Origin: the human T2T-CHM13v2.0 reference genome, Homo sapiens
Reading direction: 5' to 3' (one strand)
DNA: 64,000 nt
Assembly (NCBI RefSeq): GCF_009914755.1
Contig: NC_060930.1
Each line of letters opens with the position of its first letter. Positions within the stretch are counted from its first letter, which is position 1. The notes beneath the pieces are model-generated. The model made no database searches. It saw only the letters and a program-made list of their open reading frames with translations, and had not been told where the DNA came from. Made by a program: the position numbers and the translations under genes. This document shows, one piece after another, positions 25,926-39,825 of the stretch.

Positions 25926-26159
25926 GTATTTCTGATGTAAGTAATCTCATATATTTGGGTTGAATTCTATTTTCTTGCTATCTGTTTTTCATTTGTGCCT
26001 TTCGTATTTTAATTCTGTTTCTCCTTTCTTGTCTAATTAGGGCTACTTTTAGTTTCCGTTGCTTTTCTTCTATTGGCTTCTTAACTATGGAGAGATGCAA
26101 CGTGGTTATAGATTAGTTGACTCAATACTTAAGATGCCCAGTTCTTCAGTGTTATCAGG

Positions 26160-27710
26160 AAAATGTAGCAATCCTAAATATGCATGCACCTAATTGCAGA
26201 GCATCTAACTTTATAAATCATAAATGACAGAACTAAAAGGATAAATGAACAAATTTACCTTAATCAGATATTTTAGCACCTCTCACTCCATAATTCATTT
26301 ATAGACTCAATTTTATACCAACAAAAATTCCACAGGTTTTTTTGAGCAGAAATTGGCATGGTGATTTTAAAATTTATATGAAATCTCAAAAGAAATGGAA
26401 TGGACTAAAGAATTTTGATAAAGGATAGCAAAGTGGAAGCCTTATATTAATGCAACCTGACTTACTAGAGGCCAGGAGCAGTGGCTGACGCCTGTAATCC
26501 CAGCACTTTGGGAGGCTGAGGCGGGTGGATCATGAGGTCAGGAGATCGAGACCAGCCTGGCAAACATGGTGAAACCCCGTCTCTACTAACAATAAAAAAT
26601 TAGCTAGGTGTGGTGGCACATGCCTATAGTCCCAGTTACTCAGAAAGAATAGCCTTTTAAAGAAATGCTGCTGGAATTGCTGAATATTCGTATACTACTA
26701 CTATGGCTACTACTAAACCCCAAACCCTTCCTCACAACACATTCAAAATTAATATGAAATTAGATCTAAACATTAGAACTAAAATTGTAAAAATTCTAGA
26801 GGGAGCATAGAAGAAAAAGTTGGGATAATCGGGACAGGCAAAGATTTCTTAGAAAATAAACAAAGTCAATAACCATACAAATTAGTTAAATTTTTTGAAA
26901 ATTAAAACCTTCTACTTTTCAAAAACACTGTCAAGGGACTGAAAAGTAGACATTTACAGCATGTATTTGGAAATAAGATATATCCAGTCAACTCAATAAT
27001 AAAAAATAAAATTCAGTGAAAAATGAGCAAACGTTTTTACAGATGGTTCACTAAAATGAATACATTAGCAGCTAATAATAACATGAAAAGATGCTCAACA
27101 TCATTATTCACCAACTTAAAAATGTGAGATACTGCTACACCCTGTAGAATGGATACAACAAAAAGAGATGGCAGTACCAAGTGTTGAAGAGGGCTTAGAG
27201 CGATTGGAACATTCAGGTTGCTGGTGGGAGCATAAAATGGTGCAATTATTTTAGAAGATAGTTCTTAGCTTCTTACACAGTTAAGCATAAGTTTCCCATA
27301 AAATCCATCAATTCTGCATCTAGATATTTACCCAAAAATATAAAAGCATGTGTTTATGCAAATAATTGTATATGAATATTTACAGCACTGCTATAGCAGC
27401 CCCGACAGGAACACTGTCCAAACGTCTATCAACGGGGTATATTAATAAATCAGGTGTGGTATATTCATGCCATGCAATCCTACTTAGTAATAATAAGAAA
27501 TGAACAACGAATATACCCAATAACATGAATGAATCTCCCAGATACTGAACTGAGTGAAAGAGCTGGTCACAGAGGAGTACATGCTGTGTGGTTCTCTTCA
27601 CATGTGATTTTGAGAATGGGCAAAAATAATCTATAGCGATAGAAAGGAGATCAGTGCTTGCCCATGGCAGGAGAAAGGAAGTGGGGGTAAGATTGCCTGC
27701 AAAGGGCAAT
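26160..27710 (+). mobile_element. Old L1ME/L1MB ORF2 and 3' fragments
   Basis: gaaattggcatggtgattttaaaatttatatg, aaaagatgctcaacatcatta, atgaatctcccagatac. Confidence 0.75.
26470..26643 (+). mobile_element. AluS, 3'-truncated (left arm plus start of right arm)
   Basis: Alu consensus stops abruptly at cccagttactcag with no tail. Confidence 0.9.
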
Positions 27711-30700
27711 TAATGTGTCTAATCGCATCATCTTACACAGATAAAATTTGACATTGTAGTTTCTACAAAATCCTAATTAGTCTGCTTACCATAATTATAA
27801 CATAATTGACATAGTTGTCAATTTGAGTTTGATAAATGAATAAAACTGATTCTTATACTTTGATCCACAGCACTCGACAATTACTTTTGTATACAAAGTT
27901 TCAGAGACTGTATTGTGTAATTTGTAAACCAGGAAATATTTAACTAAAGAAATATGCATAAAATTTATTTTAATATTTCAAAATACAAAGTAATATGGTT
28001 TTTAGGATTGTAGTTAGTGATAATTCGTATTCGTAAGAAAGATAAGTTTTGTTGGAATTATAATGGATAAGATATTCACAAATTTAAAATTATATAGATA
28101 AAATGTCCTAGAGATTTATGGTTGTTTTAGTATAATATTACATCAATGTATCACAATAAACTGGGTTTTGAAAATAAATAAATTAATTCAAAAACAAAAA
28201 CAATAGAATCCAAGGATTCCAGTGCATGATTCATTTTCCAGTGGATCTAAGTGTCAGTGTGTTTTACAAATTTGTTTTGACAAAACACTTACCTAGAATT
28301 CTTTACTTTAATTACACTTGTATAAATTGATATAGCAAATAAACGAAAAAATGAAGAAAAATGACTGGACAAGTATGAGTTCTACCTCAGATATAAAACT
28401 AAGGGATTAAAAAAGGAAGATTTGCTAGAGCTCATTTGGAGGCTGTGATTGAAGAAAAAGTACTTTCATACTGTTTCTCACCCTACTCAAAGTATTCCAC
28501 AAGCTGTTAATCTATATTTCTAAGAAATACTTGTCAAACACAAATGGATTATGGAATGAATCAACCTGAGCACTGACTCAGCTATGCACTAACTTGAAGA
28601 ATTACTTAGACCATAACTTAGATAAATTGATTGCATATAATCAATGCCCACTGCTTTTCCTTTACAGTTGAACACTTCGACCCTGCTTTGTGTTTGGTTG
28701 CTTTTAGCCTCTAATCCAAAGAGACAAGAGTACAAAACATTTGTCTCCCCTTTCTCTTATAAACAAACTTCTGAGTTTGGGTACTGCAACAACAGGGCCT
28801 CATTATCACATCTTTCTCCCACCTTAGTCATAATGAAGAATGTTTCACACTCTGGGTCACTGGGGAGATGGTTTACTTAGTGGACTTTTATTTTAGAAAT
28901 GTCTTTAAGGAGTTCACAACCTGCAAACTAAAGAGCAAGTGTAGAAGTGAGACTGAAAACTTTAGCTGATGCAAGACACTCAAAAGTTTGCCTCCAAATT
29001 CTTCCCCGGGTGTTAGAATCATAAAACTCTGGGAAAGAGGATTTCTGCTTACTCTCGATCTTATCTGATCCAAATCCATTTATGATGATGGTTTTAGGAG
29101 CAAGATTGAAAGAGTTGTATATGTGCAATAATTTTAGAGGCCTTGAAAACACCCTCCAATTGACATCTCATGTCAGCACTGGACTAGGGCTCTTTATTCA
29201 CTAATCCAGAACATTAAAGTATAAGTTAAAACAGAATCCTCTAGTACGTTTAAGTGGTACAATAAAGAAATAGAATATCTAAAATTCTATAAATATTAAA
29301 GTAGAATTTTTGTTTTCTCATGTTTTTAGGGACCCCTTTGTCTCATCTGCCTGTCATTGTGCTTACTGTAGACGCTATTGTCTTTCGTCTGTGTAGTACT
29401 TATCACAATTTGAAATTGTAAATCTGTCTTTCTATTTCCTTAAGTTTTGTTTTCCTCTTAAGATTATAAGCTTCGTGAGTATAGTGGTCATAACAGTTTT
29501 GTTCATTACTTGAATACACAGCTACTGGAATTCAATAAATATGTGTTGAATAGATGAATTAATAAATGAATATCAGAATGATGAAGGGATATAAAGTTAT
29601 TTTTCTATTTGAAATCGAGGCATCACTTGACACTTTTTTATTGCCTAAGACAATTGTCTTAATGGAGGAAGGGGGTTGATTTTGTCCCTTGAGGAATTTG
29701 GCAATGTCTGGAGACGTTTTTGGTATCTCAACTAGAAGGATTTTACTGACATCTCGTAGCAGGGGTGCTGCTAAAAGCCACGTGATTAACAGAATAATTT
29801 ATCATATCAAAGAGTTATCTGAATTCAAAAGTCCATTGTGCTCAAGTTGAGAAAGCCCCGCACGGGGTTTTGTCTATATAAGAAATTGACACCATTTCAC
29901 AAAATCAGTCATTCAGAAAATATTAAGAAGCATCTGAAAACTACTTGGTTAAGAGTGTTAATTTTATTGAGTAGGAATCAGATAGCGAGATTGATTAATA
30001 ATAATACTTATCACTCTTTATAACTTGAAAAGCAAGTTCACAAATGTCTCTAAAGTCACAGCCCTGTACTGGAAAGAGAGTTGAACCCTTCTTCAGGAAG
30101 ACAATAATATAATAATAACAATATTTTCTTCACTCTGCAGTGTCTTTACATTCCAGGGTTGGAAACATTACTGAGGATTCTCTTCCCATTTTCCAGTTTC
30201 CTGTTCATTATTCTTATTTTTTTGACTGCTTTTAGCATCGGGAGCACAAAGGCCAGTCACCAGGAATTGCAAACAAATGCGTAGTCAGAGAGAGAGGGCT
30301 CACTGCCCATTTGTCATGTGGATGCAGACACATTGCAGATGTGTTCCCAGTAACAATGTCTTGAGAAGAGGACTGGTCTTTCCACCAGCATCTCAGAAAT
30401 GCCGGTGTGTCTAAACAGCATGTCGTTCTTTAATGCTTTCATGCAATATATTTTATCAATCTCAAGTTCCCCTCACTATGTATTATAATAATTTCTGCTT
30501 GTTGGTAACCAATGCAGATGGAAAATTGATTCTTAACAGAAGAGAAAGAGCCAAGTATTGATGCTTACTGTTTACACCCTATTGTATCTTTGTAACAAAA
30601 ACCCGGGTGGCTAAGTTATGATTGGGAACAAGGGAATGGTTCAAGTCTATGCACTAAGGAAAAACAAATCTTTGGCCTAAAACAATAATGATAATAGAAT

Positions 30701-31149
30701 TTAATATAGAGTAGAGACCTGTTTTGTAGAATAACTTTCCTAGTAATCACTGTTGAAAATAATCATACTAGTTCACACCGCGCACTACAGGGATTCCATC
30801 GAGGGATTTTCCCATTGAAGGCATTTATTTAGCTAAAAGGACTTCATCTTTAAGGCGGTAATGCAGGACAGATAACAGAGATAAAGATAACAGGAGGTGA
30901 TCTTTCAGCTCCATAATTACATTCCATATCAGCGACTGTTGCACAGAGAAACTCAAAAGGTAAAAATAAAATATGAAAGGATATTTAAAATCAAAAGGAA
31001 TTTTATCAAATTAAGAGCATGAGACATTTATCAGTTGAAACAATCTCCAATAATCTTGTGCAATATAATTTTTGTCAAATTTTATTTTGTCATAAACATT
31101 TGGGATTTATAATAAAAATGGAAACTTGAAAAATTATATTAGAGATAAT

Positions 31150-31199
31150 ATCTGATCATTTCCTCTGGCATCCTGGTGAATATGTGTTTTTTTCCGCAG
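31150..31199 (+). promoter_or_regulatory. Predicted 3' splice site upstream of TAAR6 CDS
   Basis: CTGAT branch-like at 31152-31156; tgtgtttttttccgCAG|G at 31199, 83 nt before ATG. Confidence 0.65.
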
Positions 31200-31282
31200 G
31201 AGCACTGAAAATCAGGAACAATCCTGTATTTTTTGTGATAATCAACAAGGACAAAACTTCTCCATATGTAAATAACAGCGTT

Positions 31283-32320
31283 ATGAGCAGCAATTCATCC
31301 CTGCTGGTGGCTGTGCAGCTGTGCTACGCGAACGTGAATGGGTCCTGTGTGAAAATCCCCTTCTCGCCGGGATCCCGGGTGATTCTGTACATAGTGTTTG
31401 GCTTTGGGGCTGTGCTGGCTGTGTTTGGAAACCTCCTGGTGATGATTTCAATCCTCCATTTCAAGCAGCTGCACTCTCCGACCAATTTTCTCGTTGCCTC
31501 TCTGGCCTGCGCTGATTTCTTGGTGGGTGTGACTGTGATGCCCTTCAGCATGGTCAGGACGGTGGAGAGCTGCTGGTATTTTGGGAGGAGTTTTTGTACT
31601 TTCCACACCTGCTGTGATGTGGCATTTTGTTACTCTTCTCTCTTTCACTTGTGCTTCATCTCCATCGACAGGTACATTGCGGTTACTGACCCCCTGGTCT
31701 ATCCTACCAAGTTCACCGTATCTGTGTCAGGAATTTGCATCAGCGTGTCCTGGATCCTGCCCCTCATGTACAGCGGTGCTGTGTTCTACACAGGTGTCTA
31801 TGACGATGGGCTGGAGGAATTATCTGATGCCCTAAACTGTATAGGAGGTTGTCAGACCGTTGTAAATCAAAACTGGGTGTTGACAGATTTTCTATCCTTC
31901 TTTATACCTACCTTTATTATGATAATTCTGTATGGTAACATATTTCTTGTGGCTAGACGACAGGCGAAAAAGATAGAAAATACTGGTAGCAAGACAGAAT
32001 CATCCTCAGAGAGTTACAAAGCCAGAGTGGCCAGGAGAGAGAGAAAAGCAGCTAAAACCCTGGGGGTCACAGTGGTAGCATTTATGATTTCATGGTTACC
32101 ATATAGCATTGATTCATTAATTGATGCCTTTATGGGCTTTATAACCCCTGCCTGTATTTATGAGATTTGCTGTTGGTGTGCTTATTATAACTCAGCCATG
32201 AATCCTTTGATTTATGCTTTATTTTACCCATGGTTTAGGAAAGCAATAAAAGTTATTGTAACTGGTCAGGTTTTAAAGAACAGTTCAGCAACCATGAATT
32301 TGTTTTCTGAACATATATAA
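31283..32320 (+). CDS. TAAR6: Trace amine-associated receptor 6, 345 aa, intronless CDS
   Basis: [15 protein letters not shown]...NLFSEHI*; D3.32 (D112), DRY, TM5 Asp (D202), [13 protein letters not shown]; matches human TAAR6. First in-frame ATG is 31283, not the GTG at 31184. Confidence 0.98.
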   Translation: MSSNSSLLVAVQLCYANVNGSCVKIPFSPGSRVILYIVFGFGAVLAVFGNLLVMISILHFKQLHSPTNFLVASLACADFLVGVTVMPFSMVRTVESCWYFGRSFCTFHTCCDVAFCYSSLFHLCFISIDRYIAVTDPLVYPTKFTVSVSGICISVSWILPLMYSGAVFYTGVYDDGLEELSDALNCIGGCQTVVNQNWVLTDFLSFFIPTFIMIILYGNIFLVARRQAKKIENTGSKTESSSESYKARVARRERKAAKTLGVTVVAFMISWLPYSIDSLIDAFMGFITPACIYEICCWCAYYNSAMNPLIYALFYPWFRKAIKVIVTGQVLKNSSATMNLFSEHI

Positions 32321-32409
32321 GCAGTTGGATAGACGAAGTTCAGGATACCTTTAAAATTACCAAGCGAAATGAGTTTTTAAAAATCAAGTAAGACTATGAA
32401 TGAATAGCA

Positions 32410-32415
32410 AATAAA
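32410..32415 (+). terminator. Candidate polyadenylation signal for TAAR6
   Basis: AATAAA about 90 nt after the stop, followed by T/GT-rich sequence. Confidence 0.4.
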
Positions 32416-33479
32416 TTGCTCTTCAAATGAAAAACAAATCAATGTTTTTCAGTCTTGTTAAGATGTGCACTTTCCTGTCCCTTCTGCAAAAGTATTTACT
32501 TGGCTAACAAATGTTAAATTCCTATTTGTTAACTGCTTTAGAGCTCAGCATATCCCACTCCCTGCAGACACTTTTTGTCTTTTAATCCATTGACTCTTCC
32601 CTCTGCTCTGGTATTTTTCCTAAAAATATTTCTGTTTTTTTTTTTTTTATTTATTCCCTTTCCTCTTTTCTTTACAAAGCTTTCTACTCTTTCCCAGCCT
32701 GCCAAAAATTTCATTTGTGAATAGCCTTTATCAAATTATTGGTTTCTTTTGCTTTGGTTATTTTGCCACAGGAGTCCTTTTAGGTATTAATTTAATTTAT
32801 TCAATCTTGGGAGAGATCTCAGGGTGTATGGGGCAATTTGCAAATGAAGACATCATCTTGACCAGGCTGTTGTAATTGTCAAACCAGTTACTGTCATTCT
32901 TGTAATTATTTCCTCCCCCAAAGTGGGAAGCAGAAGCCACTGTACTTCCCAGAATGATGTTAGGATGATTATTTGGCTGCTGTTCTTGCTATTGCACAAA
33001 ACTGTTTAAAGAGTTGGTATGAATAGAGCCCTGTGTTACATTATTCAGTTCATACACATTGAATATTACTTGTTCCTTTAGGGAGGATATCTTTCAAGTG
33101 CAGTCTCTAGCTTTCTTTTCTTTTTTTTTCTATATTAAAACTTAATTACAGCAAGGAATTTGCAAGATTAGAAGCCATGTGGAATATACATCAATGAGAA
33201 GCATTCAGGTATTCATCCATGTTTTTTCCATTTACCAAACATGAAACCTGTGCCTATATTGTATGGAAATCAGTGCTAGATGCCTTAGACACAGGCATAA
33301 CATCCCATTTTTGTCTTTAATAAGCTGTGACTCTGGCAAGAAGCAATGTTGGTCACTGAAAATTTTAAAAAGGGCGAACACTAGCTCAACCAGGTAATTA
33401 AGGTTCAATATCAGTAGTAGTAAGGCATGTGGCTATTGTGTGTTCTTGACATTATGTAATGAGAATGGCTTTTACCTCT

Positions 33480-33910
33480 ATGTCCTTTCTTCCCCAAATC
33501 CATAACCCCCATGTAGTCATGAGAAAAATGTCAGACAAAACTTTATCGAGGAATATTCTGCATAATATTTGATCAGTATTTCTCAAAACTATCAGTCATC
33601 AAAAATAAAGTATGAGAAACTGTCATGATCTACAGGAAACTAAGAAGACATGACAACTAAACGTAGTATGGCATCCTAAATGGAAAGCTAGAAAGAAAAG
33701 GGACATTAGGGGAAGTGAGGAAATCCGAATAATGAATGGAAATTTTATTGCTATATTGATAACAATATTGGATCATTAGTTATCACAAATGTACTATATG
33801 AGTTTAAGATGTTAATGAGAAACTTCTTGCAAGGTATATAGGAATTCTCATTACTATCTTTGCAATTTTTCAGTAATTCTACAACTATTCTGAAATTAAA
33901 AGTTTATTCA
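33480..33910 (+). mobile_element. L1MC-like 3' end fragment
   Basis: aagaagacatgacaactaaacg...ttactatctttgcaatttttcagtaattctacaactattctgaaattaaaagtt. Confidence 0.7.
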
Positions 33911-34363
33911 AAAAATATAGAGTACACAATTCCTGCTTGATAAAGTTTCTAGCCTGTCTATGTGAAGACAGCAAAGCACTTATCCTTACAGTCATTCATT
34001 TATTCATTCTGAATATATCTTTGAAGACTGAGTGTGTACTAGACTCTTGGTTCAGTGTGATCAGGAATAGAAAACCAGGAACTTAGAATATTTTGTGGCA
34101 AAACCCAAAATACCAGTAATTAAGACTTGGAATGCATGGGAATTTAAGCTATAAAAGGCTGTGTTTAAGGAACACAGGAGAAAGGAGAATTCAGACCTGG
34201 ATGGAAAATGAAGGAGATGTATTAAAGAAGTGGCATTCAAGTAGGGCCTTAAATTTTAAGAAGGATTTTTGTAGGAGGGAAAGGATGGGAAGCGATTTTC
34301 AGGCATGAGCAAAGAAACTGAGAAAGTGCAAAGTGTTTAGGGAATATGAAAATAAAACAACTA

Positions 34364-34691
<328 letters not shown>

Positions 34692-35662
34692 CTAAACAAC
34701 CACCAAGAAGCAAGAAGTAGTCACGCTTTTAAACCCTCCCAAGGTTGGCATCCAAACCCTGCACCTCTACTTCTCCTGGGCATCCTCCATTGTGGTTTGG
34801 AGACATTCTCCCCTCTCTGCTCAAGTTTCAGCTCCCATAATTGTTTTCTAAGAAACATTTCTCAAATGAGGCTTTACAAAACAGTCATCACATAAAATGC
34901 TCCAAGGAAAAAGATTTCTGATTCAACAATGTTTTGGAACTGTTGCATACTCTTTTCTGTTCTTGGAGAACACTGTATATTGGCATATTAAAGACTCTGA
35001 GAAGTCCTGTTTTAGCAAAAACCTGTCCAATTTTGTTTAAATGTGCATTCTAAACATTTATTAAACCATGGGTACTCTTTTGATATGAGGAGCTCAATAA
35101 CAGAGCTATTGTCCAAGGAAAATATTTAAGGAACACCATCTCTATCGTTGATTTGGTTCTTACCTAATGTATTATTAATCTTGTATTGGTCTTTTGGTCT
35201 TTCACATACAATACACTTCATTCAATTTGTATTTCTAAAAGGTAGAGGTGGTTTTCCAACCCATGGTATAATAATGAGTAAGCACTCATAACATGTTTTT
35301 TTTTGTCAATTATGATGTATAAGATAAATTGTACAGTATGTAAAATGGGATAAATTATGTGACTTTGAAGGAGGGACTGGATGCTGCAGACTGAAAAATC
35401 TCAGAAGGTTCCATGGAGAACTTAGAATATAATACCAGCTAAGCAGTGGAGGATTGGTTTAAATAGAAAAAACAATAGTAGAAAAGGAATTTCTAGGCAG
35501 AATAAAAATCTCATGAAAGGTATAAATTTAGTGGTGCATCAAATGCAATTAAGCATACAAAAAAGGATAGCCAATAAGATCAGTCGGCCTAAAGCACACC
35601 ATTTGGGTAAGAGAGTCACAATCAATCTATCCATCAATCAACATACTATTTTAAGCCCTATA

Positions 35663-35980
35663 TCTGCACTGTCCAGTATGGTAGCCATGAGCAACATGTG
35701 GTTATTGAGGACTTGAAATGTGGCTAGTCTGAGCTGAGATATTCTATAGGTAGAATTTATATACCAGATTTCAAAGACAAACAAAAGAATGTAAGATGTC
35801 TCTTTTTAAAATATTGATTACATGTTGAAATTATCAATTTTGGGATGTATTGGGTTAAATAAAAATATGTTATTTAGATTAATTTCTCTTTTCTCTTTTT
35901 ACTTTTTAAAATGTGGCTACTAGAAAAATGTAAAATTATGTATGTAGCTTAAATTATATTTCTATTGGACAGCACTACTC
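35663..35980. mobile_element. hAT-Charlie MITE (MER33-like)
   Basis: Inverted termini ctgcactgtccagta...tattggacagcact; aaatgtggctag core. Confidence 0.8.
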
Positions 35981-36242
35981 TAGAGAAAACAAAAATGAGC
36001 CATAGGACAATTCTAGCCCTCCAGGACTTAAAAATCAAGATGGGGAGAGAATGCATGAACATAAACAATGAAGTAAATATATATGAACTATGGTAAAAGT
36101 TAAATAATATTTATTTAGCAATTGATGTTTAAAAACAGAGGTACAAAACTCATATTAATCTTATAGTCTGGTCATTTTATAAATGAGAAAATTGGGACTC
36201 AGAGAGAAATAAATTAACTTGCATGAAATTATACAGCTAGTA

Positions 36243-36521
36243 GGCTAGGTGCGGTTGCTCACGCCTGTAATCTCAGCACTTTGGGAAGCTGAAGTGGGAG
36301 GATCACTTGAGTTCAGGAGTTTGATACCAGCCTGGGCAACATAGTGAGACCTTGTCTGTACTAAAAATGAAAAAGTTAGCCAGGCGTGGTGGTGAATGCC
36401 TGTAGTCCCAGCTACTCAGGAGGCTCAGGTGGGAGGATCACTTGTACACAGGAGTTTGAGGCTGCAGTGAGCAGTGATCGCATCTAGAAACAAAGTGAGA
36501 TTCTGTCTCAAAAAATAAAAA
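36243..36521 (+). mobile_element. AluJ with internal deletion in right arm
   Basis: J-type diagnostic sequence; imperfect TSD ttatacagctag / ttatacagttag. Confidence 0.9.
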
Positions 36522-38072
36522 GTTATACAGTTAGCAAAAAATCTTTGCCATACTTTGAACCCAAATTATTTGAATTCTAAGCTCAATTTTTTTTCTCGAC
36601 ATGGAAATGAGAGTTTAGGACAAACAATAAGGGATATTACAAAGAAGTACAGTTAAATAAATGCTATCCACAAGAAGATATTTAGCATTTAGAGTTTCTC
36701 TCATAAGTCAGTGGTTCTTGATAATTTTTAGATCATAGTCACATTGAAATATGCTGAAATCTATGTATTCTTTCTCTAGAAAAATGCACACAATCACATA
36801 TACACAATATTTAGTGTACTATTCTGGGGGTTCCATAACCTTTGGGGCCAATTACAGGTCATGGATACACTGTTCCTAAGTTGGGCATAGACTAGACTTG
36901 GCTGAAGTGAAAACGACCTCAACTAACTCTGTGGCTTAACACAACAAAGGTTTATTTCCTGCTCATGTGAAGTCCACTATGAGTCTGAGGAGATATCAGG
37001 GCAATTGTCCTCAACATAGTGCAGGTTGCTTTGATTTCATGGCTCCATCTTTTCAACAAGAGACTTCTATACTTCAGCCTGAAAGAACACATGAACACTT
37101 AAATCTATTAGCCAGAACCAAGCAGACAGTCCACCTAATGGCTTGAAAAACACAGGACGATAAGCACAATGTTTGCTGCACACAAAGGCCTCTTCCAAAC
37201 ACTGTTTTACTGGATGGGACATCACATTGTGTGAATGATGTATCTCTCAGGGTTTCAATTTGGCAGAAAATGTTTTAAACTCATTAGTGTTTATTTTAAT
37301 CAATATTAAGTCTAAGTGAGATAGTTGCTGGCTTCGGCTGGCTGACTCAAGTATGTTAGAGTCAAGGATGCTGTACAGATTTTCCTGATGCTTGTCTAAT
37401 GGTTCCAAAGTGACTACAGGAGTTCCAGCCAAATCACACATGTTCCTGGAAATAGGGAGGAGGAAGACCTAGGAAGAGGGGCTCTCTGAAGCCCTACTTG
37501 ACAACTTCAGTTTCCCCAAGGGAGAGAAGATTCTGATGCTATGGAGGAAATTAACCCATTGGTTGTTAGGTGAGAAATAAGCATTTCTGCCACATGAAGT
37601 AATCTGGAAAATGAAATCCAACAAGTGAAAATAAAACTTCTTACCAAATTCTCTCACAGGTATTTGCTGTATAAATCCATAAGAAAGTGAACTGAGAAAA
37701 AGAGAATGGAAAAAATAACAGGTTTTCTCAAAGATCTCTATACCATCTTTTTCTTAAACTTCTCCTTTTGTATTATTTAGTATTAATTTTTCAGCCAATG
37801 AACATGTACTATATATGTGTTACATAGTAAATGCCCTGTTGACAATGCAGAAGTGATGAGAATGAATGAGACTCAATCGTTTTAGTAGAGTTTTCAATAT
37901 TTCCCAAAAGGTAGTGGTTACAAGCAGAGCCAGACAGCCAGTCCTTTTATGGGACAAAGATATCTTGCTAGAGATCACACAGTGGGTCAGCATCAGGGAC
38001 AGAGTCCCCAGAATTTGCAATAGCCTGGTTGTTATTGTCTTGGAGCAATCAGTAGAAACATGTAAAGGCATA

Positions 38073-38797
38073 TTTTTTAATTTTACATTTCAAGGTACAT
38101 GTGCAGGATGTGCAGGTTTGTTACATAGGTAAACATGTGCCATGGTGGTTTGCTGCACCTATCAACCCATCACCTAGGTATTAAGCCCAGCATGCATTAG
38201 CTATTTTCCCTAATGCTCTCTGCCCCCACCCTACCCTCTTTCAACAGGCCCCAGTGTGTGATGCTCCCTTCCTTGTGTCCATGTATTCTCATTGTTCAGC
38301 TCCTACTGAAGAATCAATATCATGAAAATGGCCATATTGCCCAAAGCAATTTATAGATTCAATGCTATTCCCATTAAACTACCATTGACATTCTTCACAG
38401 AATTAGAAAAAAAAGATTTCAAAATTCATATGGAACTTAAAAAAAGCTCGTATAGCCAGGCCAATCCTAAGCAAAAAGAACAAAACAAAAGAGGCACCAA
38501 GCGACCCAACTTCAAACTATACTACAAGGCTACAGTAACCAAAACAGTATGGTACTGGTACAAAACCGGCACATAGACCAATGGAACAGAATAGAGAACT
38601 CAGAAATGAAAACATACATCTAGAATCATCTGGTCTTCAACAAACTTGACAAAAAAACAAGATATTGGGAAAGTATTCCCCATTTAATAAATGGTGCTGG
38701 AAGAACTGGCTAGCCATATGCAAAAAAATTGAAACTGGGCCCCTTCCTTACATCCTATACAAGAATTAACTCAAGACAGATTAAAGACTTAAATGCA
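38073..38797. mobile_element. L1PA with inverted structure: 3'UTR on minus (38073-38305) fused to ORF2 segment on plus (38308-38797)
   Basis: Plus-strand piece translates [28 protein letters not shown] (ORF2); minus piece is L1 3'UTR with tail. Confidence 0.85.
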
Positions 38798-39675
38798 AGA
38801 ACAATTAATATTTCACTAGTAGGGCTGCCCTCTACCAGATGGCTAATGGAGTCACGATGCAGAGCTATGAGATGGAGGGCAGGGGATGCTATGGCTAATT
38901 TTAACCACAGCAGCAAACACAGAAAAACCCACTAGGTCGTATAGACTCCTGACCAGCCCCAGCATCAGATCTTGGTCACTGTGGGCTATGGTGAATTCAT
39001 AATTCAAAACCCAAAGCCTAATTTCTGTTGTGTTTGGAATAAAATTCTAACTCTGTGATTCTGATCTATGAGGCTTTGCATAGTCTTAGCCCCGCACAAC
39101 TCTCTACCCACTACCTATTCTGCTCTCCCTTTACTTGTTATGCTCCAAATATATTTGTCCAATCCCAGCCCCTCGGCTACCCCCCACAGGATGCCTCAGG
39201 AGCTGTGCACTGGCTATCCCATCTGTTGTACTAGGTCGCTCAGGAGACTCGCACAGGGTTTTTCATCTGTTGGATCACTCAGTCCTCAGATCTTCACGGA
39301 GCTGGTTCCTTACACAGGTCTCAGCTTTAACATCGCTCCCTCAGAAAAATCAAGATCTCGGCTAATGTTGTTATCCATGTTTTATTCTTTTACTCACCTT
39401 GTTTTTATATCATTTCCTTCATGGTACATATCAGAATGTGTTACAATCTTATTCATCTGTTTATTTTCTTGTGTTTTAACTGTCTGTCTCTTAATGACAT
39501 GTAAGCTGCAGGAGGTCAGATACTTGCTGAAGTATCACTATGAGTAAATCAGACAGTTTGTACTGGTGTTTTATTTCTTTGCTCCTATGTTGTTGTTTTA
39601 CTTTGGTCAGTTGAGTAAATAAATGAGTGAATAAATAAAATAGAAATAGATTCCCCAGCATTGGGAGGATACATT

Positions 39676-39822
39676 AAATGTATTCTTTTTTTTTTTTTAA
39701 AGTTCTGGGGTACATGTGCTGGATGTGCAGTTTTCTTACATAGGTAAATGTGTGCCATGGTGGTTTGCTGCACCTATCAACTCATTACCTAGTTATTAAG
39801 CCTGGAAAAATGCATTCTTTTT
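39676..39822 (-). mobile_element. Very short L1PA 3' end (about 115 bp) with TSDs
   Basis: TSD aaatgtattcttttt (39676-39690) / aaatgcattcttttt (39808-39822). Confidence 0.85.
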
Positions 39823-39825
39823 ATA

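Noticed and set aside
31184-31282. 33-aa N-terminal extension of TAAR6 in the ORF track
   Set aside because: Starts at a GTG inside the polypyrimidine tract and crosses the predicted acceptor; homology with TAAR8 begins at ATG 31283.
39068-39547. 159-aa ORF
   Set aside because: Lies in degenerate L2-like sequence; no domain or gene context.
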